Source of the DNA: Planctomycetota bacterium
GTDB taxonomy: Bacteria; Planctomycetota; UBA1135; UBA2386
Length of the DNA: 64,000 nucleotides
Assembly: GCA_965228735.1 (NCBI GenBank)
Contig: OZ245838.1
Location: 5,088,001-5,152,000, forward strand
Direction of reading: 5' to 3'
A program made the translations under genes and the position numbers. Under the pieces are notes generated by a model. That model saw only the letters and a program-made list of their open reading frames with translations, was not told where the DNA came from and did not search any database. Position 1 is the stretch's first letter, and each line of letters begins with the position of its first letter. Shown here piece after piece: positions 18,669-28,507 of the stretch.

Positions 18669-21331
18669 GTTCCCGGTTTGCGTGGGTCGCGCTCGCGACC
18701 GTTCTCGTGCTCGCCGGCTGCGAAGGCAGCGGCTCGGACATCGGCCCGCGCCTGGCGCCGCTGCCGGAGGCCAGCAGCAAGGTCAGCGTCCTGAGCGACG
18801 GCAACGCGGGCGTCTGCGGCGCGCGCGTGACGATCCTCGGTGCCGGCATCGAAGCGATCACGGGGCGCAACGGCCGCGCCGAGCTGTTCGCGAGCCCCGC
18901 GGGGGATCGCCTCGTGCGCGTCGACGGTTCCGCCGCGGCGGCGCAGGACGGCGATCGACTCGGCACCCTGACCGTCGCGCTGCCGTTGCCGGGCGGCGAC
19001 GTGCCGCGCGCGTTCTTCCTGCCGGATACGAACGCGGGCGGCGCGTCGACGGTCGCGGTCGGCACGCAGGGCACGACGACCAACGTCCTCGCGCCCGCGA
19101 GCATCGGCGGGCAGCTCGTGATCCAGTCGGGCAGCAGCGTCGGGATCACCGGCACGGCCGCGAACGTGACCGTTCGGACCGGCGCGCTCGCGCCGCAGCA
19201 TCTGCCCGGGCAGCTGCCGGCCGGCATCTTGTTCGGTGCGGGTATCTACATCGACCCGCTCGATCTGACGATCACGCCGGGTGCGGATCTGACGCTCGAC
19301 TACGACCTCGGGGCGTCGGGCACCGTGACGTTGTATCGCCTCGACGATGCGACGGGCACGTGGCTCACGATCGGCACGGGAACGGTCGGATCCGGCAGCA
19401 TCACGGCGGCCGGTGCGGTCACCATGGGCGGGCTCTACGCGTTCGGCGCCCCGGTCACGACGGGCACGGTGACGGGGCGCGTCGTCGATGCGGCGAGCAC
19501 GCCGGCGATCAGCGTGTTCAACGCGCTCGTCAACGTCGACGGTCGCTGGGGCACGACGGACGGCAACGGCGAGTTCAGCGTCGCGGGCGTGCCCGCGTTC
19601 GTCGGCGACAACACGACGGCGCGGAGCGCGACCATCGAGCTGTTCGCCGGCGGCACGTGGCTGCCCGCCGTCGCCACGGCCAGCGTGACGATGAACGGCG
19701 CGGGGGAGGCCGATGCCGGCGAGATCGTGTTCGACACGCTGCGGGCCGGCAATATCCGCGTGCAGCAGGTCAAGCGCGCGCGCGCCGAACGGTTCCGCTT
19801 GCAGCGCGTGAGTTCGCTCGACGGCGGGGTCACGCGCGCGACGCTCTCCGACGCGAACGGTCAGGCGATCATCGAGGACGTGCCGGCGCGCTGGTTCGGT
19901 TTCCAGGACGCGTTCGCGAAGGACCGGACGTTCTCGTTCTACTCGCAGGCGACGGGCTTCAACGCGGCGGGTCGTCGCTGGCTCGATATCTTCCAGTTCT
20001 ACGACGAGTTCACGTGGTTCGCCGGGTCGCGCAGCTCGCGCGTCATCATCAGTGACGCGGTCGGCACCGGGCCCGTCTTCGACGCGTCGCTCGTGCGGGG
20101 CAGCATGGCGGGCGAGGGCTTCGCCGGCTTCTCCCGCGAGACGGGGTTGCTGTTCTCGGAGCGCGCGTTCGATGGTCGCGCGACCGCGGTCGTGCGGACC
20201 GCGCGGGAAGGTGTCACCGTCGTTCATGCGCTGTCGATCGTGCGGCCCGACGGCGAGAAGCTCGAGATGCCGCTGCGCCAGGCCTACCGCACGTCGCTCG
20301 GTCGCTTCGATCGGCACGGCCTCGTCGCCGGCACGATCACCGGCGCCAACGGCAGTGCGACGCACGAACTCAGGACCACGCGGCGGTTGCGACTGCGGGA
20401 GTGGTGGGAGGAGGTCGTCGACGGCTTCACGATCCCGTCCGCGCTGCCCGTCGATGTCGATCCAGCAACGACCCACGGTGCATTCCAGGTCGGTATGGAC
20501 AAGGTCGGCGGCAACATCGTGACCGCAGAGCTCGACACGTCGAGCGGACGGCGACTCGACAAACTCGCGGTCGCGACCGGTGTCGCAGCTCAGGAAGGGA
20601 CGGTCACGACACTCGACGTGCCGCTCGATCACGTGGCGAACGTCACGTACACGGCCGCGGGCGCGCTCGCCGCGCTCGAACCGACGCTTGCCGGCGGATT
20701 CGCGGTCGACCTGGCGTTGAGCGATCGCGACGGGTTCGCCGTCGATGTCACGCGGGCGCTCACGGGCAACCACACCGTCAGCGGCAACGACCTCGCGCTG
20801 ACGCTGCCTGCGCTCTCGGGCGGGCTCGCGAACTGGCGCTGGAGCGCCCTCGCGAAGACGAGCGGGACGGTAGCGGGCAACCCGGCGACGCAGGCCGCGT
20901 TCGTGCGGTTCGACAACAACGGGTCCATCGGCGCTCCGACCGTGCTGCCGCTGCCGACGCTGACCGTCGACGGCACGCCGACGACGGATTCGGTCATGAC
21001 GTCGTTCGTGCTGCCGGCCAACACGTTCTACGGCGTGCTGAGCTTGAAGGCGCAGTCGGGCAGCGACGAACTGCTGCTCTGGGACGTCTACCTGCCGCCG
21101 GACGTCACGAGCTTCGAGTTCGTCCGGCTGCCCGATCAGGCCGCGACGCCGCTCGTGCCCGGCCGCGGCTACACGCTCACGCTGACGGCCTACGGCTCGT
21201 CGGGCAACGGCGGCGTCATCGCGCAGTCCGACAACACGTATCGGATCGTGACGACATACCTGCAGTCGATCAGTGCGACCGAGTGGGGGGTGGATGCGTT
21301 CAGCTCCGTGCAGGTCACGTTCTCGCTCTGA
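18665..21331 (+). CDS. Large beta-rich lipoprotein with carboxypeptidase-regulatory/Ig-like domains
   Basis: TTG start overlapping upstream stop; lipobox LAGC; GTVTGRVVD...TDGNGEFSV motifs. Confidence 0.75.
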   Translation: MSSRFAWVALATVLVLAGCEGSGSDIGPRLAPLPEASSKVSVLSDGNAGVCGARVTILGAGIEAITGRNGRAELFASPAGDRLVRVDGSAAAAQDGDRLGTLTVALPLPGGDVPRAFFLPDTNAGGASTVAVGTQGTTTNVLAPASIGGQLVIQSGSSVGITGTAANVTVRTGALAPQHLPGQLPAGILFGAGIYIDPLDLTITPGADLTLDYDLGASGTVTLYRLDDATGTWLTIGTGTVGSGSITAAGAVTMGGLYAFGAPVTTGTVTGRVVDAASTPAISVFNALVNVDGRWGTTDGNGEFSVAGVPAFVGDNTTARSATIELFAGGTWLPAVATASVTMNGAGEADAGEIVFDTLRAGNIRVQQVKRARAERFRLQRVSSLDGGVTRATLSDANGQAIIEDVPARWFGFQDAFAKDRTFSFYSQATGFNAAGRRWLDIFQFYDEFTWFAGSRSSRVIISDAVGTGPVFDASLVRGSMAGEGFAGFSRETGLLFSERAFDGRATAVVRTAREGVTVVHALSIVRPDGEKLEMPLRQAYRTSLGRFDRHGLVAGTITGANGSATHELRTTRRLRLREWWEEVVDGFTIPSALPVDVDPATTHGAFQVGMDKVGGNIVTAELDTSSGRRLDKLAVATGVAAQEGTVTTLDVPLDHVANVTYTAAGALAALEPTLAGGFAVDLALSDRDGFAVDVTRALTGNHTVSGNDLALTLPALSGGLANWRWSALAKTSGTVAGNPATQAAFVRFDNNGSIGAPTVLPLPTLTVDGTPTTDSVMTSFVLPANTFYGVLSLKAQSGSDELLLWDVYLPPDVTSFEFVRLPDQAATPLVPGRGYTLTLTAYGSSGNGGVIAQSDNTYRIVTTYLQSISATEWGVDAFSSVQVTFSL

Positions 21332-21365
21332 AGCCGGCCGGGCTGGTGTCGCCGCTGCGCGCACC

Positions 21366-22631
21366 ATGCTGGCGGTCGCGTTGCTGACGCTCGGCGGCTG
21401 CTTCGCGCCGCCGCCGCCGCCGTCGCGCGAGGAGGTGCTCGCCTCGGTGCGCTTCTGGCTCGCCGATGGCCGGCTCGAACAGGCGGACGAGGCGACGCAG
21501 CGGCTGCGACAGATCCGCCGCGACGACTTCGAAGCCGAGTACTGGAGTTCGGTCGTCGCCGAACTGCGCTGGCAGGACGATCTCGCCGTGCGGCACCAAC
21601 TCGCCGCGATCCGGTGGGCGCGCGCCGCCGGTGTGGCGCCCGACGTCGATCGGGCGCTGCGCGGCCGGCTCGGTGACCTGCTGTTCCAGGCCGGTCGGTT
21701 CGGGGAGTCCGCCGAGCCGCTCAAGGTCGGCGCGGTCGGGCCGGATGCCGAACGTCGCGCCGCGTTCGCCGCGATCACGGGTGCGCTGCCGTTCACCAGG
21801 CAGGTTGCGGGGCCGCTGCTGACGGAGCAGCCGCTGCTCGAGAGTCCGTTCCCCGAGTTCGTCTGTCGGGCCGGCAACCTGCAGCGGCCGTTCGCGATCG
21901 ATACCGGCACGTCGATGACGACGCTGTCGCGTTCGTTCGCCAAGGAGCTCGGCGTCCGCAGTCTGCGCTCCGGTGGCCGCGCGGAGGACAGCGCCGGGCG
22001 CGCGATCGAGATTCAGGTCGGTGTCCTGCCGCGCTTCGCGGTCGGCGACGTGCAGCTCGGCGACGTGCCTGTGCTCGTCGTCGACGACGCGGCGCTCATG
22101 CTGCGGGATCTGCACGGCGGTCCGGACCGGATCCCGCGCGGCGTGCTCGGCCTCGATCAGCTCGGTGCGTTCCGGCTCACGGTCGACCCCGAACGCGACA
22201 GCGTGACGCTCGAACTGCCGCGCGGGTTGCCCGTGCTCGAATCCGTGCAATGCGTGCGAGCTGACGGCCGCTGCCTGCTGCCGGTGACGATCGAGGGGGC
22301 TCGGCTGTGGTTCGTCTTCGACACCGGCGCGAGTCACTCGAGCCTGACGGAGGCGGGCGCGGCCGCGCTGCCACGCGGTCGGCGCGCAACCCCGTCGTTC
22401 CGCCGCGTCCGCACGGTCGGCGGCTCGCTCGTCGCCGTGCGCGAAGTTCGCGGTCTCGTGCTGCGCGTCTCGGACGCGCGGTTCCGCGGCGTTACGCTGC
22501 CGATCGTGCCACGCGGCCCCGAAGGCTCCTTCCCGGTGCACGGGGTGCTCGGCATGGATCTCGTGAGCCGCTGCCGCGTCACCTTCGATCGCGGTCGGGC
22601 TCGCGTCCTAGCGCTCGCCGAATCCCGATGA
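21366..22631 (+). CDS. Lipoprotein with two retropepsin-like aspartyl protease domains
   Basis: Lipobox LGGC; FAIDTGTS...GVLGLD and FVFDTGAS...GVLGMD; helical N-terminus. Confidence 0.85.
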   Translation: MLAVALLTLGGCFAPPPPPSREEVLASVRFWLADGRLEQADEATQRLRQIRRDDFEAEYWSSVVAELRWQDDLAVRHQLAAIRWARAAGVAPDVDRALRGRLGDLLFQAGRFGESAEPLKVGAVGPDAERRAAFAAITGALPFTRQVAGPLLTEQPLLESPFPEFVCRAGNLQRPFAIDTGTSMTTLSRSFAKELGVRSLRSGGRAEDSAGRAIEIQVGVLPRFAVGDVQLGDVPVLVVDDAALMLRDLHGGPDRIPRGVLGLDQLGAFRLTVDPERDSVTLELPRGLPVLESVQCVRADGRCLLPVTIEGARLWFVFDTGASHSSLTEAGAAALPRGRRATPSFRRVRTVGGSLVAVREVRGLVLRVSDARFRGVTLPIVPRGPEGSFPVHGVLGMDLVSRCRVTFDRGRARVLALAESR

Positions 22632-23596
22632 CGATCGACGCCACTCCGCCGCTCGACGAACTCCATGAGCCGATCGGCCGGCTCGGCGAGGACGGTACGA
22701 TCGAGCCGTGCAACCGCGCGATGCGCACGTTGCTCGTCGACCTCGGCGCCGCGCGGCTCGAGGACCTGCCGGCGCGGACGCGCACGGCCTGCGGTATCCG
22801 GGTCGTCGAGCACGACGGCGAGCGTTGGGTCCTCGCGCGCGATGTCGAAGCGGGGACCGAGAGGCTCGCGGCCGCGCGGGTGCGCAATCTGGGCTGCCTC
22901 GTCGGCGACATCGTGCACGATCTCGCCAACGTGCTGCACGGCGGGGTCGCGCTGTCGAGCTCGTTGAGCAGCTACGCGCGCGATGACGCCGAGCGCCTCG
23001 TGCTCGAACAGGTCCTCGACGCGGCCCAGAACGGCACCCGCGTCGCCGGCACGCTCGCCAAGCTGCTCGAGACCGGGCCGCGCGAGTGGCGCAACGTGCC
23101 GGCGGCCGAACTGCTGAACGACGCAGCGTCCGTCGTGCAGAAGCACGCGATGAACCAGGGCATCGAGCTCGACGTCGTCGCCGACTGCAACGCGGTCGTT
23201 CGCGGTCCGGATGCCGAGCTCGTGCAGGCCGTGCTCGCGATGATCTGGTTCGCCATACGAGCCGGTGGCTCGCGGGTCCAGGCGAGCGTCCGGTCCCTGG
23301 TGACGAACGAGATCCCGGCGGAACTCGGAGCCGGCCGCGCGTTCGCGCGTTTCCGCTTCGTGGCCGGACCGCTCGATGTGGCCACGGTTGCGGCGCAGGC
23401 GGAGCGGCTGCTCACCGTTCGAGATGCGCTTCGCGGAGCGGCCGACGACCCCGAGTCGAGGAGCTTCTCCTTGCTCGTGACGCAGCTCGTCGTGCTGCGG
23501 CTCGGTGGCCTGGTGCGGGTGGCAAGCGCCGCGGAGGTCGGCGTCGACGAGCTCGCGCTCGACCTCGTGCTGCCGACGGTTCGCGCCCGCGAGTGA
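22628..23596 (+). CDS. Degenerate histidine-kinase-like protein
   Basis: H-box GDIVHDLANVL present; N and G boxes not recognisable. Confidence 0.65.
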   Translation: MTIDATPPLDELHEPIGRLGEDGTIEPCNRAMRTLLVDLGAARLEDLPARTRTACGIRVVEHDGERWVLARDVEAGTERLAAARVRNLGCLVGDIVHDLANVLHGGVALSSSLSSYARDDAERLVLEQVLDAAQNGTRVAGTLAKLLETGPREWRNVPAAELLNDAASVVQKHAMNQGIELDVVADCNAVVRGPDAELVQAVLAMIWFAIRAGGSRVQASVRSLVTNEIPAELGAGRAFARFRFVAGPLDVATVAAQAERLLTVRDALRGAADDPESRSFSLLVTQLVVLRLGGLVRVASAAEVGVDELALDLVLPTVRARE

Positions 23597-23600
23597 CCGG

Positions 23601-25637
23601 TCAGTCGCCGCCGATCACGAACGGTTCGGTCGCCTCTGCGCTCTCGATGCCACGCATGAGACGCTGCTCACGGTCGTGGTCGAAATCGTAGCCGCCGAAA
23701 CGGATCTCCTGATACGTGCGGAAGGCGTCCGCGACCGCCGGTTCGAGCCGTTGCCGCGCCGAGAGGACTGCCGCGAACTGTTCGAGCGTCTGGCCACGCT
23801 GGCGCAGGTGGCCGCGGTGACCGAGCACTCGCAGGATCCGAACGAGCAATCGGCGCGCGGTTCGCAGCGAGCGCGGCACGACGATCGGCGCTTCGGTCGG
23901 TCGGCCAGCCGGCCACATCGTCGCGGCTATCGCCAGCACGATGACGAGGATCAGGAACCACGGTTGCAGCACGAACTCGAGCAGCCCGGCCCAGAACGAC
24001 CAGGTGCTCGACTCGGCCCCACCGCCGAAGCCGTCGTCCTCGGCGACCGGCGCGAGCTCCGAGGGCATGCGTTGGCCGCGTTCTTCGGGCGGCGTCGGGT
24101 CGAACACGACGTAGCCACGGTCCCGCACGAGGATCTCCACCCACGCGTGCGCGTGCTGCGAGCCGTAGCTGCGGGCTTCGGGGTCGCGCCGGTCCGGGTC
24201 GCCGCCGTAGAGCCCGACGCCGATGCGGCACGGAATGCCGCGCAGCCGCAGCATCAGCGCGGCGGCGGTCGCGAAGTGCATGCAGTAGCCGCGCTTGTCC
24301 CCGTCGTGGAACAGGAAGTTGTCGATCGTGTTGACGTAGGGCCCGATCGGCTCGATGCGGTCGTAGCGGCAGCGGGCGCCGAGTCCGGCTGCGATGGTGC
24401 TCGCGACCTGGTGCACGTTACTGCCATAGGCGCCCCAGTCGTCCATGAGCTGTTCGTAGCGCGTATGCACCAGCGTTTCGGGCAGCTCGAGCAGGCCGAG
24501 TTCACGGCCGAGCCGCTGGTCGATGGTCACGTTGCGCAGCGAACCGAGATGCGTCTGGTAGGAGACGAAGTAGTCGGTCTGCTCGGCGAACTGGCGCTGG
24601 CGCAGCCAGAGCCGCCGGCGATCGATCTGCAGTTCGGGGACGCCGCGGAGCTCGACCGCGTGCGGCGGCACGAACACGAAGTTGCGAGCGCCCTGGAACC
24701 GTTCGATCTCGAGGCCGAGCACCGGGCCGCCCGGGTCGGCGTCCTGGATCAGGTGGTCGGTGCCGCCGGTCGGGGGTGCGGTGTCGACGCGGCCGATGAG
24801 CCACCGTTCCATCTCGGGCACGGCGAAGAAGCCCGAGCGCAGGTAGAGGTCGGTCGGCACCGGGCTGCGATCGTCCGTCCGCACGACGACGAGTTCCTCG
24901 CCGGCCAGATCCGCGAGCACACCGCCGCCGCCGAGGTCGAACGAGTCGTCGAGCCCCGTCTGCGTCTGCCCCTGCGGCTGCGCGGGTGCGCTGGCCGTCG
25001 GCGTGTCATCCGACTGCACGGGCGACGGCACCCAGGCCAACGTCCGGTCGATCGCGAACGCGACGAACAGGCACGGCAACGCGACGGCGAGTCCCGCCAT
25101 CACCACGGGCTGGACCGGCAGGCGCAGCGACGCGGCCGGCCGGTGCCCGAGGGTCGCGGCGCGGGCCGCGAGGTGGGTCTCGAGCCGCAGCGACAGGCAC
25201 GCCGCGACGCCGTAGGCCGCGAGGAGGAGCGGGTTCGCGCCACCGAGGATCACCCCGACGAGCAACACGCAGAAGCTCAGGAACAGGCCGAGTGCGGCGT
25301 CGGAGTCGCGGCGCCGAACGATCACGAACGACAAGGGCGGCAGGATCGTGCACGCGAGCACCGCCGGCCGTGACAGCGAGCCCGCGTACTCGAGCGCGAG
25401 CGCGAACGCGACGATCTGCGCGAGCGAGGCGGCGATCGTCCGCAGCCAAGGCCGGTGCGAGCGGCGCCGCAGGCTGCCGAACAGCGCGGCCGGCAGCGTC
25501 CACGCGAGCAGCCAGCCGGCCGGCAGCTGATCGTGCGGCAGGTTGCCGATCGCGAGGCCGCCACAGAGCAACAGCGCGATGCCGGCAGCGCGGTCGGCGC
25601 GCCGGGCGGTGCGGTGAGGTCGGTCGAACAACGTCAT
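23601..25637 (-). CDS. Transglutaminase-like membrane protein (TgpA/DUF3488 type)
   Basis: N-terminal TMs; GYCMHFATA, HAHAWVE, FDPTP catalytic triad. Confidence 0.9.
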   Translation of the reverse strand: MTLFDRPHRTARRADRAAGIALLLCGGLAIGNLPHDQLPAGWLLAWTLPAALFGSLRRRSHRPWLRTIAASLAQIVAFALALEYAGSLSRPAVLACTILPPLSFVIVRRRDSDAALGLFLSFCVLLVGVILGGANPLLLAAYGVAACLSLRLETHLAARAATLGHRPAASLRLPVQPVVMAGLAVALPCLFVAFAIDRTLAWVPSPVQSDDTPTASAPAQPQGQTQTGLDDSFDLGGGGVLADLAGEELVVVRTDDRSPVPTDLYLRSGFFAVPEMERWLIGRVDTAPPTGGTDHLIQDADPGGPVLGLEIERFQGARNFVFVPPHAVELRGVPELQIDRRRLWLRQRQFAEQTDYFVSYQTHLGSLRNVTIDQRLGRELGLLELPETLVHTRYEQLMDDWGAYGSNVHQVASTIAAGLGARCRYDRIEPIGPYVNTIDNFLFHDGDKRGYCMHFATAAALMLRLRGIPCRIGVGLYGGDPDRRDPEARSYGSQHAHAWVEILVRDRGYVVFDPTPPEERGQRMPSELAPVAEDDGFGGGAESSTWSFWAGLLEFVLQPWFLILVIVLAIAATMWPAGRPTEAPIVVPRSLRTARRLLVRILRVLGHRGHLRQRGQTLEQFAAVLSARQRLEPAVADAFRTYQEIRFGGYDFDHDREQRLMRGIESAEATEPFVIGGD

Positions 25638-26704
25638 TCGGGACCTCCGACGACGCGCACGGCGGCGGGCAGGACCTGGTGGTCCTTGTCCGCGAGGTAG
25701 GAGCCGGCGGGGATCCAGTAGCAGTGTTCGTAGCCGCGCAGGTCGTCGAGCAGGCGCGGCGGCAGCGGTTGGTGCTCCACCGGGCCGGCCTCCGACAGCA
25801 GCGTCATGAGCGCGCGCTCGCGCGCCGGGCTCTGGACGAGCGTGCGGGTCGGTTCGTCGTCGATCACCGCGACGTCGACCTCCGCGCCGCGGCCGCGCAG
25901 CGTCGTGACGAGGGTCGCGCACGCCCCGAGGCTCCACTCGAAGCGGCGGCCGCCGCCGTCGATGCGGCGACCCGGCGGCCGCCGCATGTCGAGGACGATG
26001 CCGACCGTGCGCGGCATGCGACCGCGCGATACCCGGCGCACGAGGGTGCCGAGCGCCGCGCTGCGCAGCGCGTGCACGGCGCGCGCGTCCTCGTCCGCCT
26101 GGTGCTCGCGCAGCGAGTGGAACTCCGGGCCGGGCAGCACGGAACGATCGCGCGGCGCGGCCTCGCGTTCGGCGACCGTCGACAGCACCTCGGCGGACAG
26201 CCGCACGCGCGCGGGCTCGGTGATGAGGTCGGCCGGCACGGCGATCACGGCCTGCGCGCGGAACAGTCCGAGCGGCCAGCCCGAAGCGAGGGTGAGCACG
26301 CGTTCGACGATGTGACTGCGCCGGTTGCTGCGCGCGCGGTAGGTCAGTCGCTGGGGCTCGAATGGGCGCAGAACGCTGACGAGCTGCGGCGGTTCGGTGC
26401 GCATCGTGCGCGGCTCGTGGATCAGGCACTCGCGCAGCGGCCAGCGGCCCTGGTGGGTGAGCATCACGTTCTCGGTGAACGGCGCGCCAGCGATCGTGCG
26501 CCGGGGTCCGATGCGGACCTCGGTCTCGTGCATGCGGCGCTGCTTGGCCACGAAGTCGACGAGCAGCGGCGCCGCGAGCAGCGCCGCCGCGATCCGCGCG
26601 TTGGGGTCCTCGCCGAGCCAGGCCGCAGCGCCTGCGAGGCCGGCCAGCCACGCGAGCACCTTGCCGCGCATCGTGAGCTCGATCGTGCTGTGCGTCGACG
26701 CCAT
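25634..26704 (-). CDS. DUF58 domain protein
   Basis: WPLGLF, PEFHSLREH...DARAVH...SA; between MoxR and transglutaminase genes. Confidence 0.85.
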   Translation of the reverse strand: MASTHSTIELTMRGKVLAWLAGLAGAAAWLGEDPNARIAAALLAAPLLVDFVAKQRRMHETEVRIGPRRTIAGAPFTENVMLTHQGRWPLRECLIHEPRTMRTEPPQLVSVLRPFEPQRLTYRARSNRRSHIVERVLTLASGWPLGLFRAQAVIAVPADLITEPARVRLSAEVLSTVAEREAAPRDRSVLPGPEFHSLREHQADEDARAVHALRSAALGTLVRRVSRGRMPRTVGIVLDMRRPPGRRIDGGGRRFEWSLGACATLVTTLRGRGAEVDVAVIDDEPTRTLVQSPARERALMTLLSEAGPVEHQPLPPRLLDDLRGYEHCYWIPAGSYLADKDHQVLPAAVRVVGGPE

Positions 26705-27615
26705 CAGTCGGGCAGCGGCGTCTCGGCAAGGACTTCGTGGAGCAGCGCGTCGGTTTCGCCGCCGCTCTGCGTGGTGATCCGGTGCGCCCACGCCGGCACG
26801 ATGAGCGCGCGCACGTCGTCGGGCACGACGAAGTCGCGACCGTGCAGGTAGGCACGCGCGCGGCAGGCGCGATGCAGCGCCTGGGCGCCGCGGGTGCTGA
26901 CGCCGAGCACGGCGTCGCCGGCCGAACGCGTGCGCTGCGCGAGCTCGACCATGAACGCCGTGAGCTCGCGGTCGCAGCGCACCTCGAGCACCTGCTTGCG
27001 CCCGGCGCGCACGTCGTCCGCCGACGCGACCGAAGCGAGCCCGTCGACGATCTCGTGGCCGTCCTCGCGCGCGACGACGTCGATCTCGTTCTCGGTGTCG
27101 GGATAGCCGAGCTGGATGCGCAGCAGGAAGCGGTCGAGCTGGTTCTCCGGCAGGGGATAGGTGCCGGCCGAAGTCAGCGGGTTCTGCGTCGCGATCACGA
27201 GGAACGGATCGGGCAGCTGGTGGGTCTCGCGATCGACCGTGACGCGCCCTTCGGCCATGCACTCGAGCAGTGCGGACTGCGTGCGCGGCGGCGTGCGGTT
27301 GAGTTCGTCGGCGAGCAGCACCGACGCGAAGATCGGGCCTTGCCGGAACGTCAGCTCACCCGTCTTGGGGTGGTAGATCTGCGCGCCGACGATGTCCGCC
27401 GGCAGCAGGTCGGCCGTGCACTGGATCCGCTGGAACGGCAGATCGAGGGCCTGCGCGATCGAGCGCGCGAGCAGCGTCTTGCCGACGCCCGGGTGGTCCT
27501 CGATGAGCAGGTGGCCGCCCGCGAACAGCGTGATCAACGCGTGCTCGATGGCCTCCTGCTTGCCCCTCAGCCCTTGGCCGATCCGGTCGGCGAGCCTATT
27601 CGCGAGTTCTGTCAT
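26704..27615 (-). CDS. moxR: MoxR family AAA+ ATPase
   Basis: HLLIEDHPGVGKT, DLLPAD, LADELNR, QSALLE, ATQNP, QLDRF. Confidence 0.95.
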   Translation of the reverse strand: MTELANRLADRIGQGLRGKQEAIEHALITLFAGGHLLIEDHPGVGKTLLARSIAQALDLPFQRIQCTADLLPADIVGAQIYHPKTGELTFRQGPIFASVLLADELNRTPPRTQSALLECMAEGRVTVDRETHQLPDPFLVIATQNPLTSAGTYPLPENQLDRFLLRIQLGYPDTENEIDVVAREDGHEIVDGLASVASADDVRAGRKQVLEVRCDRELTAFMVELAQRTRSAGDAVLGVSTRGAQALHRACRARAYLHGRDFVVPDDVRALIVPAWAHRITTQSGGETDALLHEVLAETPLPD

Positions 27616-27891
27616 CCTGCCTCGGCAAGCATACGGTCTGCGGCCCGTTCGGGCAGTGTCCCGGAGTGGGTCTGGAGTCGTGCGAGCGCTCCGGCCACGG
27701 GCCCGTCGGGACGATACCGTCGCCGGGATCGGCACGGCGGAGAGAATCCCGACGGTGGCCCGAAGCGAGCCGCTGGTCAATCGTTGCGAAACACCCGGCC
27801 GTGTCTTGCGCTGAGTGGATCGCCTCTGGACAACGGCTGGACCGGCGAACGGTTCAGCCGCTGTCACCCGAACTTCGAAGGAAGGCTCCGT

Positions 27892-28503
27892 ATGAGAACG
27901 TCCAGTATCGTCCGATCGTCCCTGATCCTCCTGCTCGCGTTCGGCGCGGCGTGTCGCGGCACGATCGATCGCCGTGTCGACCCCGACATGGCCGACCCCG
28001 TGGGCGGGGCGAATCTCCGCAGTCAGGACATCCGGTCCATGGCCGATGCGATGGCGCGCGACATCAAGGCGTTCGGTGTCCTCAAGAACGCGCCGCAGGG
28101 TGAGAGCGTCCGGTTCTTCACGACCGGCCTCGTCAACGAGTCGTCGGATCCGATCAATTCGACGATCATCACGACCAAGCTGCGGACCAACCTGTTCAAC
28201 GCGTTCGGCGGCCAGGTCGAGATCCTCGATCGCAGCCCGGAAGCGCTCGAGCTGATCAAGAGCGAGCGCGCGGCGAAGCGTTCCGGCGCCGTCGAGGGCA
28301 ACCCGAGCAAGCAGGGCAACGTCCTCGGCGCCGACTACGTGCTCAAGGGCCGCATCCAGGACCGCGTGCTGCAATCCAGCGACCGCAAGTCGGCCTACTA
28401 CCTCGTGACCTTCGAGCTCACCGATCTCGAGACGTCGCGCCTCATGTGGACCGGCGACTACGAAGCCAAGTTCGACTCCGAGAAGTCGGTGATCGCGCGG
28501 TAG
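27892..28503 (+). CDS. LpoB/CsgG-like lipoprotein (penicillin-binding protein activator family)
   Basis: Lipobox-like GAAC; DIRSMADAM, GADYVLKGRI, YYLVTFELTDLETSRLMW. Confidence 0.7.
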   Translation: MRTSSIVRSSLILLLAFGAACRGTIDRRVDPDMADPVGGANLRSQDIRSMADAMARDIKAFGVLKNAPQGESVRFFTTGLVNESSDPINSTIITTKLRTNLFNAFGGQVEILDRSPEALELIKSERAAKRSGAVEGNPSKQGNVLGADYVLKGRIQDRVLQSSDRKSAYYLVTFELTDLETSRLMWTGDYEAKFDSEKSVIAR

Positions 28504-28507
28504 AGCC

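Noticed and set aside
18293..21943. Very long antisense and alternate-frame ORFs (also 44134-47532, 50209-52521, 61806-63941)
   Set aside because: Arg/Ala/Gly-rich shadow frames expected in high-GC coding DNA; the opposite strand carries the recognisable genes.
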